Part shown: positions 23,338 through 36,062 of the stretch, piece by piece
Layout of the letters: each line of letters starts with the position of its first letter
How positions within the stretch are numbered: the first letter of the stretch is position 1
Assembly (NCBI GenBank): GCA_964016885.1
Contig: OZ024758.1
Location: forward strand, 32,240,001-32,304,000
Direction of reading: 5' to 3'
Source of the DNA: Eledone cirrhosa
Lineage: Eukaryota
Length of the DNA: 64,000 bases
The notes under the pieces: model-generated
What the model was told of the DNA's origin: nothing
Database searches by the model: none
Seen by the model: the letters and a program-made list of their open reading frames with translations, nothing else
Program-made: the position numbers and the translations under genes

Positions 23338-23877
23338 TTTCTTTATCCTGGATATGATTCAGATTTATTTTAACTTCATTAACAAAGCATAGCCTTTATT
23401 GTATTTGTCAAAGTAGTGACAAATAAATCCCAACTAGTGCTTGGTTATTTCAGTGCCTTAGCCTCGCCATTACTCACGATAATGCTGTGAGCATGTTGGC
23501 TTGCCTCAAAAATTTCCGATGACCCTTGTGGTGTATGATCAATTGACACAGTGTTGAATTGATGTTTTGTTTCTCACTTTGATTGCATATATTTGTGTAT
23601 TATATTCACAAAGCTCCAAGCAATAAAATTGATTAAATGTATGTACTGCTATTTAATCTTATATATTTGTCATATGATAATAAAATAATATTATATAATG
23701 TAATGATATCATCACAATACATTTGTTGGCATAGGAAATAAAACTGTTTCAAAAATGAAATAATTCAAAGTCACAATCCGTATGAAGAACAGTTGATAAG
23801 TATTAAAAAGCTAACTTGAAAAAAATATACATATATATCTAAATAAATATAATTTTGTAATTAATGTAATTAATGAT

Positions 23878-24104
23878 GATGGGCTCATGTGTTGAAATGC
23901 TATGAAATAGCTTATAAAATAGGGTGAAGACTCTTAAAAAACGGAGAAAGAAGTTGTCATTGGCTGCTATAAGGAATTGGTATCTGTGAGATATGGGGTT
24001 CAATTTCCTTATAGAAGCTGATGGCAAATTCTTTTTCCATCTTTTAAGGGTCTTCACTCTATTTTATAAGCTATTTTATAACATCTCTGCACATAAGCAC
24101 ATCA
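23878..24104. repeat. foldback/MITE with ~65-bp arms
   Basis: aaatagcttataaaatagggtgaagactcttaaaa / ttttaagggtcttcactctattttataagctattt. Confidence 0.85.
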
Positions 24105-24900
24105 TCTTTTACTATATAATCTCAGTGCTTCAAAGTCCGAAAGATTGGCTACGTACATTGAAAATTTTATAAGTTTATTTCATCTGTAAATAAAAAGAAA
24201 GTATCCCTGCCATGAAAACAACCAGGTTAACAATAATAATCACAGTATTAATTGATTTTTTTTTTACTGAGTTTTCAATATAAAGTATAGGGTGCATACA
24301 CGAGACCCAGAAAAACTTAACAATACTGAATTGTTCATTCAAAAACTACTGTATATACTTGAATATAAGCTAACCCCCTATTTTATGTCTGAGAGAAAGG
24401 TAAAAAAATACAAACCCTTTTTGTAAACCAAGGTAGGTAATCAACATGTTACATTTAGATGATGTGGTTTTGAAGTTCTCAGTGGAGAATATATTTATGA
24501 AATTTTAACATTTTGATATTTAAAATGTTTTAAGTGTTGTTTAGAATATAGTTTTTATTTCCTCCATTATGTAATGATTTTTTTTACCAATTTCCAATTA
24601 TTATGAAGACCATATTCATTTAAAACATATCAAAAACAATAGAAAATATGAATTTCATGTTGAAAGTGAGACTGGTGTAATATTCACCTCAAAAGTGAAA
24701 ATATTTCAACACCTCATTTAAGAAAGATTTTGAAGTTGGTCCAAATCGTCAAAATGTTGACCTCAAATATAAGCTGGCCATTAATTTCTTTTGTCACATA
24801 TTTCTCAGCTAATATATAAGTATATACAGTAATTGTTTGGAGGAAAAATCTTGATAAATGAAATAGAACATTTTTTTAAAATGAATATAGAAAAACTTAC

Positions 24901-25107
24901 CTAACAACCCCCCAAAGGCAATACATGGTGACAAACATGCAAAGAATATAAAAACAAAGGCGGCTAGACATTGTAAATTCAATGAATCAGTTATATCACT
25001 TCGGTAATATGGATAACGGCGCTTTATGTCATTTATGAGCCCTCCGAATGGACGACCAGTTCTCAAAAGTGGATCCAATATAACTTTTCCCTTGGTTTCT
25101 AATAGCG
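24901..25107 (-). CDS. SLC4 anion exchanger exon (linker and TM1)
   Basis: tttcag|[72 protein letters not shown]|gtaagt. Hallmark AE motif [13 protein letters not shown]..D..RRYP.Y.SD. 207 nt, phase 1 to 1. Confidence 0.97.
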
Positions 25108-25271
25108 CTGAAATAGAGAGGATTCCGAAGTCAGACACCAAGTAGATAAGAAATATTGAGTTTTTATTAAGTATTGAAGTGATTAAAGACAAAAACAATA
25201 ATGAAAACTATAAAACTGATTAATTATGAAACTATCGACCAGATATTGAGTTTTTATTAAATAATGAACTA

Positions 25272-25596
25272 CTACATTTGCCAGCCTATTGGATGCACTT
25301 TTTTAAAAACAAAAACATTAAAAAATCTTTCCTACATCCAATATACCCATATCACCGATGGGAGGCCAAACGGAGGGTGAGGACAATCATGGTTAAAAAA
25401 ATTTAATTTGTTTTACTATTAGTATTACTAATACAGTAATATAGTACAATTATTACAAGCAAAAATGATGTTGATGTTTCTGAAAAAAACAATGAAATAA
25501 TTCTAAATAAATTTATTAAAAAATATACTAAAATTCTTTTTTTCCCTCAAAATGTCATTTTTTCTCAAAGAGGGTCCAATAGGCCAGCAAAAACGG
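25272..25596. mobile_element. TA-flanked Tc1/mariner-superfamily MITE
   Basis: Imperfect TIRs atttgccagcctattggatgcacttt / aaagagggtccaataggccagcaaaa, with TA on both sides. Confidence 0.6.
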
Positions 25597-25942
25597 TAAT
25601 TAAAGACAAACAATAATGAAAACTATAAAGTTGATTAATTATCAATCTATTGACCAATCTATTACAGGCTTAAGTCGTTTTAATAGATATGTTTTATAGT
25701 CTATAGCTATATACAATATTTTGTCTCTAACTATGTATATACTTTCTGATAAAAACAACTATTTGTAAATCATGTGATTCATGAAGACTTCTTTGAATGC
25801 CAACTTTGCTATACGAGCAGTCAATGTGACTGTTTTGTTTTTGAAGAGCCATTCTACAAATGAAAATATCTCAACAGTGATGCAGGTTTTAGATAGATAG
25901 AGAGAAAGAAGCAAAATATTAATTTACTAAGTACTTTAGATA

Positions 25943-26272
25943 CAGTAGAATTTCGGTTCATGAACTTAATTCATTCCTGAAGGCCATTTGTAACCCAAAA
26001 TGTTTGTAAACCGAAACTATTTTTCTCATACAAAATGTTGAGAGAGAAATACAGTGAGAGAGTGACTGTGTGTGAAAAACAGATAGATAAATATCACCAT
26101 AGTAACCAACTACACGGCAAGTGACGTTTTCCTACTGAGACTCCCAGCTTGTTGCCAACCATTGTTGCCGGCTTGCGTGTTCATTACTTGAAACACCATT
26201 TATCAACCAAGACATTTTATGTTTGGAAAAACTGTTTGTGAACCGATTTGTAGATGACGTGAGGTTCCACTG
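25943..26272 (+). mobile_element. Tigger/pogo-type MITE
   Basis: ta|cagtagaatttcgg ... gaggttccactg|ta, homologous to the 20971 copy. Confidence 0.8.
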
Positions 26273-26595
26273 TATTCTGATACAAATTTAGTCATATAAT
26301 CTTCAGTATTTTATTTACATAACAATTGTATCAAAATGCAATGTAAAAATTGGAAAATTTGTTGAAATAATTTCCTCAATAATAAAAGACTATGGATGAA
26401 TGTTTAATAAGACAGAAGATGAAGTAATTAATAAATCACAAGGACCGAATACAATGATCATGCCAACAACATTATGGGCATGTTAGTTTGTACAATTGTA
26501 TTTGTTTTATTATGAATATTTAGCTACGACAAGGACATGACACCCTCCTTAGTGTTGGTGATTTACACGATAAATGCACTCATCTGAGCTATCAC

Positions 26596-27215
26596 ACAGC
26601 TATGATACTATAATATATTTACAATACAGCTATGATACTATAATATATTTACAATACAGCTATGATACTATAATATATTGACAATACAGCTATGATACTA
26701 TAATATAATATATTGACAATACAGCTATGATACAGTAATATAATATATTGACAATACAGCTATGATACTATAATATAATATATTGACAATACAGCTATGA
26801 TACAGTAATATATTTACAATACAGCTATGATACTATAATATAATATATTGACAATACAGCTATGATACAGTAATATATTTACAATACAGCTATGATACTA
26901 TAATATAATATATTGACAATACAGCTATGATACTATAATATAATATATTGACAATACAGCTATGATACAGTAATATATTTACAATACAGCTATGATACTA
27001 TAATATAATATATTGACAATACAGCTATGATACAGTAATATATTTACAATACAGCTATGATACTATAATATAATATATTGACAATACAGCTATGATACTA
27101 TAATATATTGACAATACAGCTATGATACTATAATATAATATATTGACAATACAGTTATGATACAGTAAAATAATATATTGACAATATGATACTATAATAT
27201 ATTTACAATACAGTT
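26596..27215. repeat. 30/35-bp AT-rich minisatellite
   Basis: About 19 units of acaatacagctatgatac(t/a)(a/g)taata(taata)tatt(t/g). Confidence 0.95.
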
Positions 27216-27298
27216 ATATCCCATGTCAATTCTTACAAAATTATAGCCTGGCACACTTGCAATTAGTTTTCAAATAACATATATGTGACATGAGGTTT

Positions 27299-27420
27299 GT
27301 GCAGCTGTTGCAGCGCATCTCCCTCGCCGTCCTCTGGGGCAATATATTCTCCAGCATGTCGGCCAGGACCAAGAGGCAGAGGGTAAGATAGTTGGAAGTG
27401 GAGGATACTTGTTCAGATGT
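27299..27420 (+). mobile_element. CRE-like LINE extreme 3' remnant
   Basis: 27302-27391 encodes QLLQRISLAVLWGNIFSSMSARTKRQRVR*. Confidence 0.55.
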
Positions 27421-27767
27421 CACACATACACAACCACTGATGCATGTGGTTTAAGACACAATTCTATATTTTATTTAAGAAAGACATAACGGATAAAGAA
27501 GAGAACATGAAGACAAAACTAAAGTCTGGAAGAGTTGTGACATAGTAAGTAAACAAATAAAAGAGTATATTTAATAGATTCTTAACATTTTAGTTTTTTA
27601 AAAAATGGCCTTCATTTTTTTTACCTAAAGGGTAAAGCAAATTTATATTCAGGAGGAAGGTGTATATTCAAAGCATTGACCTCAGTGTATAACTGGTACT
27701 TATTGTATTGGTTTCAATAAAACTTAAACATCAAGCAGTAGCAAATTTGATACAATAAAACATTTAA

Positions 27768-27964
27768 CACTTAGTATTTAAACCGGCCAGAATTCTTTCA
27801 CCTCTTTCTGTTCAAACTAGCTGTAACCGACCGCTCATACTGACATTAAAGTATTGTTCTCAAAATAAATAATATCAAAATCTCATAAATTCAATATTAT
27901 GTGAGGTAAAGTCTTTACTGCAAAAATACAATAGTAAATATAGAGTAATGTAAATGTTAAAGGG
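27768..27964 (+). mobile_element. TTAA MITE family 1 copy
   Basis: TTAA|cacttagtattta ... taaatgttaaaggg|TTAA. Confidence 0.85.
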
Positions 27965-28089
27965 TTAAACCTTGCCTCTGTTATGGTAAATGGTGTTGTA
28001 ACAGTAGTTATTAGGTAACGACATGTGTGACTTACACTAAGATGAGTTATAGCAATACTACAGATAATTCATAATGGTCTGAATTTGAG

Positions 28090-28406
28090 TCATATCATTG
28101 CTTTAAGTGTATTGTGTGTGCTAGAGGCTCTGTCATTTCTGATGACGAGTGCCCTTTTTGATTCAATCTATAGTAGCAAGCAAGTGACTGAACATTGCAC
28201 AGACATAGTGTAGTCCTCAGAGAGATCCAACATGACACAATGTGTGACAAGGATGACCCCTTGAATTACTGGTACAACTCATTTTTGCCAAGTGAGTGGA
28301 TTGAAACAATGTGAAATAGTGTCTAGCTCAAGGACACAATATGACATCTGGTATCAAACCCAAACTTATGATCATGAGCCCAGTACCCTAATCACTATGC
28401 CACCCA
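28090..28406 (-). mobile_element. SINE type 2-related element
   Basis: caatgtgaaatagtgtctagctcaaggacacaa ... ggtatcaaaccc ... ccctaatcactatgcc. Confidence 0.6.
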
Positions 28407-28524
28407 CCTTGACGGATATATTTGTATCTAATATTTCAGCTCCACACAAGAAGGTGTCACTAAGTGACCAATCTGTTCTATCCAGTTGTTTTGGCTTTGT
28501 TCTAATCCTTCTAGTCTCTCTTTG

Positions 28525-28695
28525 TACTAATTTTACCATTATACTTTGTCCTAATTTTACCATTATACTTTGTCCTAATTTTACCATTATACTTTGTCCT
28601 AGTTTTACCATTATACTTTGTCCTGATTTTACCATTATACTTTGTCCTAATTTTACCATTATATTTTGTCCTAGTTTTATCATTATATTTTAGCC
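28525..28695. repeat. 24-bp minisatellite
   Basis: 7 units of ctaattttaccattatactttgtc. Confidence 0.95.
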
Positions 28696-28719
28696 TAGTC
28701 CTTACTCAACAAAAAACAT

Positions 28720-29062
28720 TCATTCTACCCTGTTAAGTGATCATGTTAGTGCCATGACAAAAAACACCCAGTTCACCCTATAATGTGGTAGTGTTGGTGC
28801 CATGACAAAAAAACACACACACACCATATCCTTTCAGGTCATCATGCTGGTTCCAAGACAAAAAGCACCCAGTCCACCCTGTAAGATGGTAGTGTTAGTG
28901 CCATGAAAAATGCTCCCAGTACACACTGACAAGTGGAAGGCATCTAACCATAGAAAACCAAGCCAAAAAATGGAGTGTATGAACACCTGTACAATATAGA
29001 TTCATAATGCAACCTGTCTAACCCATGTAAGTATGGAAAATAGACATTAAATGATGATGATG
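28720..29062 (+). mobile_element. degenerate RTE-type 3'UTR or SINE with the tandem module
   Basis: Repeats of gtgccatgacaaaaagcacccagtccac, then ggaagggcatc, taacccatg and a (GAT)n tail. Confidence 0.65.
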
Positions 29063-29317
29063 GTGAAGATTTGGGTTTAGTTTTACTAACACATCTGCTT
29101 CTTGCTTTACCATTATAGGGTTTCATTATTCTCGATATATGTCTTGCTAGACATTTGATTAGATATTTTTTCATTTTCTTAGTAATTTCCCTGGTTGATT
29201 ACACCCTCTAAAGTCACTTAAACACACCTTTTATCTTTACAGCCTTTACAGATCTCTTGTATTCCTAGAATGTAATTTTCATTACTAAATAATTATATTA
29301 TTAAATGGAAGATCACA

Positions 29318-29898
29318 AAAATCTGGAGCATTGGAACAAAATGTCTTGTAGTATTCATTCCAACTCTTTACATTCTGAATTTAAATACTGCCAAGGTTAA
29401 CTTTGCCTTTCATCCTTCTGGGGTTGATAAAATAAAGTAAATTTCTGGTCTTGTGCCTAAATTAGAGACATATATGAGGGTTGGCTGAAAAGTTCATAGA
29501 CTGACCAAGATTCTCTCATGGAATGACCAAATGAGGTTTATTTTTCAACATAGTCCCCGAAAAGAAACAATGCGGTTATTAATAAAAAGAGTTGATGAAA
29601 TTAATGCATGCAAAGTTTCACAGCTCTAGCATCACTCCTTCATAATCAGATTATGAACTTTTCAGCTGACCTTCGAATATATGGACTGACCAAGTTATTG
29701 GAGCATTGGACAAATACTTAGCAATATTTGTTCTGGCTCTTTACATATTGAGTTCCAATCTCACTGAGGTTAACTTTGCCTTTCAATCTTCTGCGGTTAA
29801 TAAAATAAAGTACCAGTTTCATACTGCAGTCCATATAATTGACTTTCCCCTTTCCCAAAATTGTTTGCCTCATGTCAATTTTAGAAAGAATTATTATT
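29318..29898 (+). mobile_element. cluster: SINE type 1 (29318-29468), mariner MITE (29475-29675, reversed), SINE type 1 (29690-29898)
   Basis: Cores gcctttcatccttctggggttgataaaat and gcctttcaatcttctgcggttaataaaataaagtaccag. MITE TIR gagggttggctgaaaagttcata / tatgaacttttcagctgaccttc. Confidence 0.75.
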
Positions 29899-29982
29899 AC
29901 TGAAAATGGAACAACTATGATAATATTTCACAAATTCAAAAATGTATTGAAAATGATATAGTTACTACATCATAATCTTTAA

Positions 29983-30090
29983 CCTTCAGCCCGCTGGTGG
30001 CAACAAATTGGGACAAGAGAGTAATCTCCCCTTAATACATAATACAGTGTCAAGGGAAGCAATTCATAACAAAATACAGCGTACTGAAGG
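29983..30090 (+). mobile_element. TTAA MITE family 2 (108 bp)
   Basis: TTAA|CCTTCAG...CTGAAGG|TTAA, with a second copy at 61426-61532. Confidence 0.85.
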
Positions 30091-30214
30091 TTAAAAAGAA
30101 AGATGAACAAATTTTTATTTATTCCACTGAAATATTTCTATTGAATTAATGCAATAATAATACCAACAACAACAACTATTATCATGTTCTCCCTCAACAT
30201 TGATCTTAATTCCT

Positions 30215-30430
30215 GGTTTAGTCATGACAGCAGACCACATCGTCTGCTGTCATGACATTGTTTCCCTCTATTCAATTTGTGTCTAATATCTTTCATGTTA
30301 TCCTAGCCATTCCAAACAGGGTTTCTATAACATTTCTACAGTAAGATTCAGGTATGGTGCTTTTTTATCAATCCATCAAAACTTTTTGTGATCATCCTTA
30401 AGGCACCAACGACCACTGATATCACTTTTG
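30215..30430 (-). mobile_element. R4/Dong-like LINE 3' remnant with a 15-bp perfect hairpin (30221-30256)
   Basis: Reverse complement gives KVISVVVGALRMI...GMARI..KILD (compare the R4 C-terminus VIPVVVGALG...GTARILRKVL). Hairpin is gtcatgacagcagac-cacatc-gtctgctgtcatgac. Confidence 0.55.
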
Positions 30431-30712
30431 TTACATCCTCTGTTTTTGTTTTTTTTACACGCAGAAATGCCCATTTGTCCCGTCCTGTATTGTCCTGTAC
30501 TGTCCTTAATGTCTCACTTTGTGTAAACCCTTGTGGTTAATAAAGAAAGCATTATTAATATTATTATTATTTTTTTTTGTTACATCTTTTGTTTTTGTTT
30601 CCTTTTTTTACACACAGAAACCCATATTTGTATTGTCCTGTGCTGTCATTAATGTATTTTTTGTAAACTCTTTGTGGTTAATAAAGAATTCATTATTATT
30701 ATTATTATTACT
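30428..30712 (+). mobile_element. two tandem 3' tails of an L1/Tx1-related element
   Basis: Each reads ...tacac(g/a)cagaaa...gtcctgt...ttgtggttAATAAAgaa(att)n, similar to the 3' end of the LINE at 671. Confidence 0.6.
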
Positions 30713-31164
30713 GCTGCTGATATAGATCTTGATGTCATCTATAATATAATCAATTCAAATAATACATATACTATCATCAATAACATTAAAAAAACACAGT
30801 ACAAATAACAGCACAAGTTACTCACAGTATGACTTAATAGTGATCATTCAGTTGTTGTTGTCATGTGAAGACTGCTGAAGCAGGGTTACATTTAACCATC
30901 CAATCAGCTACAGATATAGTGAAAACTCTCACTCCTATAGTTACAATGAGTAATTAAATATATGATGCTCCCTTGATGTTTTACTGTGATTAGTAATAAT
31001 TGCTGGCATTCCCTTCCAAGCAGTTTGTTGAAAGATGAGTGAGAGAGGCAAGCATGGCCCGAGTGAATGGGCTTGCTCAGAGTATTCGCCTGTAGATTGG
31101 AGGTAGAAAACTGGTGGTCAGAGTGACTGTGGCTTTTTGTGAGCTTTCTCCACAAGTAAACCTT

Positions 31165-31340
31165 ACTGGTCTCCCTCTATTGGGGAAATTTTTTGTTTCA
31201 ATTACACCTTTTGTTATTGTTATTTTGTTTTCTTTCTATACACGCAGAAACCCATATCTGTATCGTCCTGTACCGTCCTTAATGTTTTCCTTTATGTGAA
31301 CCCTTGCGGCTAATAAAGAAATCATCATCATTATTATTAT
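31165..31340 (+). mobile_element. L1/Tx1-related 3' tail
   Basis: ccctctattgggga...cccttgcggctAATAAAgaaatc(atc)n. Both motifs are shared with the 3'UTR at 671-800 (minus strand). Confidence 0.65.
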
Positions 31341-31992
31341 TTCTTTGCCATCATAATTTCTTTATTTAATAATAAGTGTATGAATTAGATGAGGTAAACC
31401 CACACAATATGTGGACGGACATAGAAGTTAGTGATTGCTACCCAGAGTTACTGGATGATATTTTTAACAACATATTCTCTACCTTGCTACCCCTTCCATA
31501 CACCTCCATGCTCTAACACCTTTCCTATGTCCATTTTCTAAAAACTAGGAGATACATAAATCTTTGACTTTAAATGCATTAGTTTTCAACAACAAATATA
31601 TTTTAATCTATGATTCTGATAATGAAATAATCATTCATACAAGAAAAGCATTGCTTTCTTTCAATAACTTCAAGAAACTCAATATTCCAGTTGGAAATAT
31701 GGCTTGTGTAACTGATGGTGGATAGAAATAGGGATTTATTGCTGTGCCTAAGATTCTTTGCATACACAGTGTAATCCACTATCAGCATTTGGGTGCAAAA
31801 TCAAGAGGATGTCTATAAAGGGCATCTACAGTGATGTATTTCTGGGTGTGCAGCTAGCTGCACACCCCAAAAACTTTTGAAGGAAAATTTAGTCATTTTA
31901 GTTGGAAAATTATGAATGCCTCCAAAAATGATGGGAGAAATAAGCTTATGGGCATCTACCATGATACTAAAAGTTATCAATTTTATCAAATG

Positions 31993-32162
31993 TACAAGGT
32001 TTGGCTGAAAAATTCATAGGCTGTTTCATATGAAGGTGTGATGCTAGAGCTGTGAAATCTTGCATGAATTAATTTCAACTTTTCTTTCCAGAAAAATAAA
32101 CCTCATTTAGTCATTCCATGAGTATCCTGGTTAGTCTATGAACTTTTCAACCAGGCCTCGTA
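31993..32162 (+). mobile_element. mariner-type MITE copy
   Basis: ta caaggtttggctgaaaattcatagg ... ctatgaacttttcaaccaggcctcg ta. Confidence 0.75.
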
Positions 32163-32429
32163 TATGTTTCTAGTTTAGGCACAAGACCAGAAATACAATG
32201 AGAGTATGTTGGTCTGCCTATGAACTTTTTAGCTGACCCTTGTATATGAATATCATAGGTTTCATGGTAGTTCTCTTTGAAGTAAATGCAACTGATGTTG
32301 ACATGAAATTGCAAGAAATCCTCATTGAGGATCAGTGATGAAACAGCTTTAGTTAGATTCAAACACGGTAAACATAATCTATAGAAAAATAATAAAAATT
32401 CTGGGATGTCTTCACTTCTCTTGGAGAAA

Positions 32430-33037
32430 TTAAAGTTACATGTTATGTTATTGCTTTCCCATTTCTTGTTGAATCTAAGCCTTAGTCAAGTGACTTACTA
32501 TCAAATGCTCAAAGCCATCTTGCTATTGTAAAGCAATACAATATTCATTTGTCTGTAACAATACTGCATCAAGACATGTGACAGTTTGTGAGTTTGCATC
32601 TGCCACAAGGCTCATACTGAATAAAGTTCTAATCTTAAGGATAAATAATGTACACATTATTAAGGCAAATTTACAGTAGTTCTTAGTCTTATGTTATCAG
32701 AGATTTTTTGTCAGAAAACACCACAGCTCCCATGACTTTCAGAAACATTTTTTCATGCTCAGAGTTGCTGAAGCATGGAACAAACTACCTGCATCAGTTG
32801 TTAGCTGTTGGGACACTGCATCTTTCAAAACTTCCATGCTTTCCAAAATTCGGCAACACTACACCTGATATTCCCCCTCCATACACATGCACACATGTAT
32901 CTGTGTATATATCATGAGTCATACACTGTTCACTTTCCTGAATTTTGTACATTATTCTATGTACTATACATGCACCTTTGATGAGTTACAGTGCACCTGA
33001 GCACTGTAAACAATAATTTTCATTATCATTATTATTA
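32430..33037 (+). mobile_element. CR1/L2-group LINE 3' remnant
   Basis: About 32713-32830 encodes RKHHSSHDF-RNIF/FMLRVAEAWNKLPASVVSCWDTASFK (WNxLP motif), ending in an (ATT)n tail. Confidence 0.7.
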
Positions 33038-33793
33038 TCTACATAGAAATGATTGTTTTTGTAAGCTACTACAAACATTTTGTTTTTACATGATACAGCT
33101 ACAATATACAAAATGGTAAAATAGTTTTGTTTTCAATTAATAACATCTACGAGGAGTAATTTGGGTTGAAAAGAGGGCCATGAACACCAACAAAAAATGA
33201 TTGAGAACACTGGTATAAACTATATTTGACTAAATACAAGTCCAGGTTTAGTAGTGAAAGGAATATAGCTGACTTTACTGGTATTACTATTTTACTGACT
33301 GCAAGAAGTATGAAAGACAAAGTCATTGAAGCATGAATTTCCTTAGAATTTACAGACTTGGTTTATGATTAAGCAATTATATGATTAAGCAATTATATTC
33401 CTGAGATGAAAGGCTGTAGGGAAGAAGGAAAAGGTTTATAGTTATGAAAAGAAATAATAGTGGGAAAGGAAATTATGAACTTCAGTGCAATTTAAAAAAA
33501 AAAAAATAATGTAAACAAGAAATTAATTTTAAGAAACCATAGCAGGATAGCAATAAGCTTCAGCAAATCTTGGTGCTTTTATATTGCCAGAAGTTTAAAA
33601 AAAAAACAACCAAAAGACAAAAAAAAAAAACAAAAAAAAAAAAACAAGCAGTTTGAGAAAAAAAGCTACAAGAGTTTTGGTAAGAATTCATTGGAGTGGT
33701 AACAAGACAAAGACAGCCAAGTTGTCACCAAATTATTCCAGAAGACTTACCGGGCTCGTGACTCCTTAACCAAACTGCAGCAGTTGTACGTAC

Positions 33794-33986
33794 CCTCTTT
33801 TTCCATCTGCTTCTGTTTTTTTCTCAATCGTAAGTTTGCTCGTTTCCTAGCCATATCCATGATAGGTAGTAGAGTTTTGTGGTCCCAGTCACCGGGTGGC
33901 AACACTATAGATTCCGTCAAGAAGTCATTGATGGCATGTAGAAATTCTTCTCGACTTTCAGCATGGTAAGCTACATCATGGAAGTT
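33794..33986 (-). CDS. SLC4 anion exchanger (AE2/band 3-like), first exon seen in window: end of cytoplasmic domain
   Basis: Reverse complement reads ttctcag|AAC... = NFHDVAYHAESREEFLHAINDFLTESIVLPPGDWDHKTLLPIMDMARKRANLRLRKKQKQMEKE-G|gtacgt. Matches the SLC4 motif FHxxAY...AINxFL..SxVLPP. 193 nt, phase 0 to 1, joins the next exon in frame. Confidence 0.93.
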
Positions 33987-34226
33987 CTGAGAATTAATAA
34001 GAAAATAGAAAAAAAAGTAAAATTAAGGTTGAAAGAAGAAAAACTAATGTATGAAAATAGTACAACACTAATACACAAGAAAAAAAAATGAACATAGCAT
34101 TATCAAATGTTCCTCAGCCATCCACATGGCTTTGAAAGACTAGGTCAGTGCTTCCATTACAGTTTTGAGATTGGAGGGCGGAGGGAGCTTAAGTATTTAT
34201 ACTGTATATGTGTATTATTATTATTA

Positions 34227-34420
34227 GGGCGGTGAATTGGCAGTATCGGTAGATAGTCGGATGCCATGATTTGCAGCATAGAGTTATGGTGCTTTATGGT
34301 CTGAGTTCAAATCCCACCAAGGTTAACTTTGCCTTTCATCCTTATGGGGTCGATAAATAAAACACCAGTAATGCACTGGGGTAATTGCTGTTTCTACCAA
34401 AAGTAGAAACAATTATTATT
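34227..34420 (+). mobile_element. SINE type 1, complete copy
   Basis: Head, B box gagttcaaatcc, core gcctttcatccttatggggtcgataaa and (att)n tail. Confidence 0.88.
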
Positions 34421-34671
34421 AGCTTACACTTCTTTTATCACCAATACAAAACTAAGAAATTATGCCAGTGTAGAAAAACATAGGTAAAAACGATGATGAT
34501 CATACTAACATGGATAGAGTCAATATAAAATCAGTAAAAACCAAAGAAGAAGTATATAGAAACCAATTATTGGAGACACTTAAGCCCAAAGTACTGGAAA
34601 GCCTGTCGATTGGTTTTTTAGCCTATGTTGATAAGGAAGGAGTCATGGAGCATGAGGCTTACCTTGATTAA

Positions 34672-34869
34672 CTCTTTAGCATTTAAACCAACCATATCTG
34701 GCTAGAATTCTGTCACCTCTTCCTGTTCAAATTGGCTATAACTGGCCACTCATACCAACATTAAGGTATTGTTCTCAAAATAAATAACATCTAACTCTTA
34801 CAGATTCGAGATAAAGTGTTAACCACGAAAATACAACAGTAAATATAGAGTAATGTAAATGCTAAAGAG
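34672..34869 (+). mobile_element. TTAA MITE family 1 copy
   Basis: TTAA|CTCTTTAGCATTTA ... TAAATGCTAAAGAG|TTAA. Confidence 0.9.
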
Positions 34870-35000
34870 TTAATCAAAATTACTATAGAAATGACTAACA
34901 GATCCAATCATTCGTTAACAAGGTAGTGAGGAAGGAGATGGTTTTCTACAGCTGAATGCCCTTCCTAACACTAACCACATTTACAGTGTGGACTGGGAGC

Positions 35001-36014
35001 CCTGAGAAAGACCCACTTAAAGATTAAAGTGGTAGAAAAGCCAGGAACTACCATAAAATCCCTGATCAGCAAAACATACCCTTTTAAGAAAACCCTCTGT
35101 ACTAATAGGAAATGTATTATATGTAAAGTAAACCCCCGGATAAACTGTAAAACTAGAAACGTAGTCTATAGCATAAGATGTACAGAGGGTACTTGCAGAA
35201 ACATGACAACAACATACATAGGCGTGACAGCTCGTAGCATAGGTGAAAGGATAGACCAACACTGGGGGAACTAAAAGGACGAAAAAATGGTTCAGTACTA
35301 TATGAACACGCCAGACAACAACATGACGGTAACATAGACAACATAGAAATTAAAATAATATCTAAACATAGAAATGACCCAGCAGATAGGCAAATCAGAG
35401 AGGCCAGTGAAATAGAACTTAGAAGGCCAAAACTAAACAGAAAAATGAATGGAATAACAACAACACCCAAATAAACAATACTGACTTAAGAGAAATATAA
35501 ATAAATAAATAAATATATACACAAGCACAATAACAACAAACACATACAAACACACACTAGTAAACTAAGATAGAATACAATAACCAAAACACAGTCACCC
35601 AAACGCGAACACACACCAAACACTATACACACATGCAAATGCATGCGCAGAGAAGAAGACAAAGAAAAAATAAATAAAATAAACCGATAAAATAAATATG
35701 GCGTAGATATACAGGAGGAAACATAAAAACACCACTGACGATGTTGCAGATGTGCAACGAAAGAACTTTGTTAGACTATATATATATGTGTTTATATCTA
35801 TATTATATCTGTATTTTTCACCGTTGGTCAGTCAATGGTAAACATTGAGGTCTGAATGAATTAACTGATATAAAAGACACAGAAGCGAAAACCAACCAAA
35901 CAGTGAGTGTGTTCTGTTATTAATTCTGGCAATATTATTACAACAATATGACCCTCCCCAAGTATAACAATATTTGTTTCGACACACGATTTCATATCAA
36001 AAACTTCGCAAAAC
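35001..36014 (+). mobile_element. Penelope-like element, 5'-truncated (GIY-YIG endonuclease C-terminus and pLTR)
   Basis: C..C..C..CKTRNVVYSIRC...YIGVTARSIGERIDQH, a frameshift, then SVLYEHARQQH...RQIREASEI..RPKLN. The 3' region matches 41357-42038. Confidence 0.9.
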
Positions 36015-36062
36015 AAATACATATATATATATATACACATATATACATATATATATACATAT

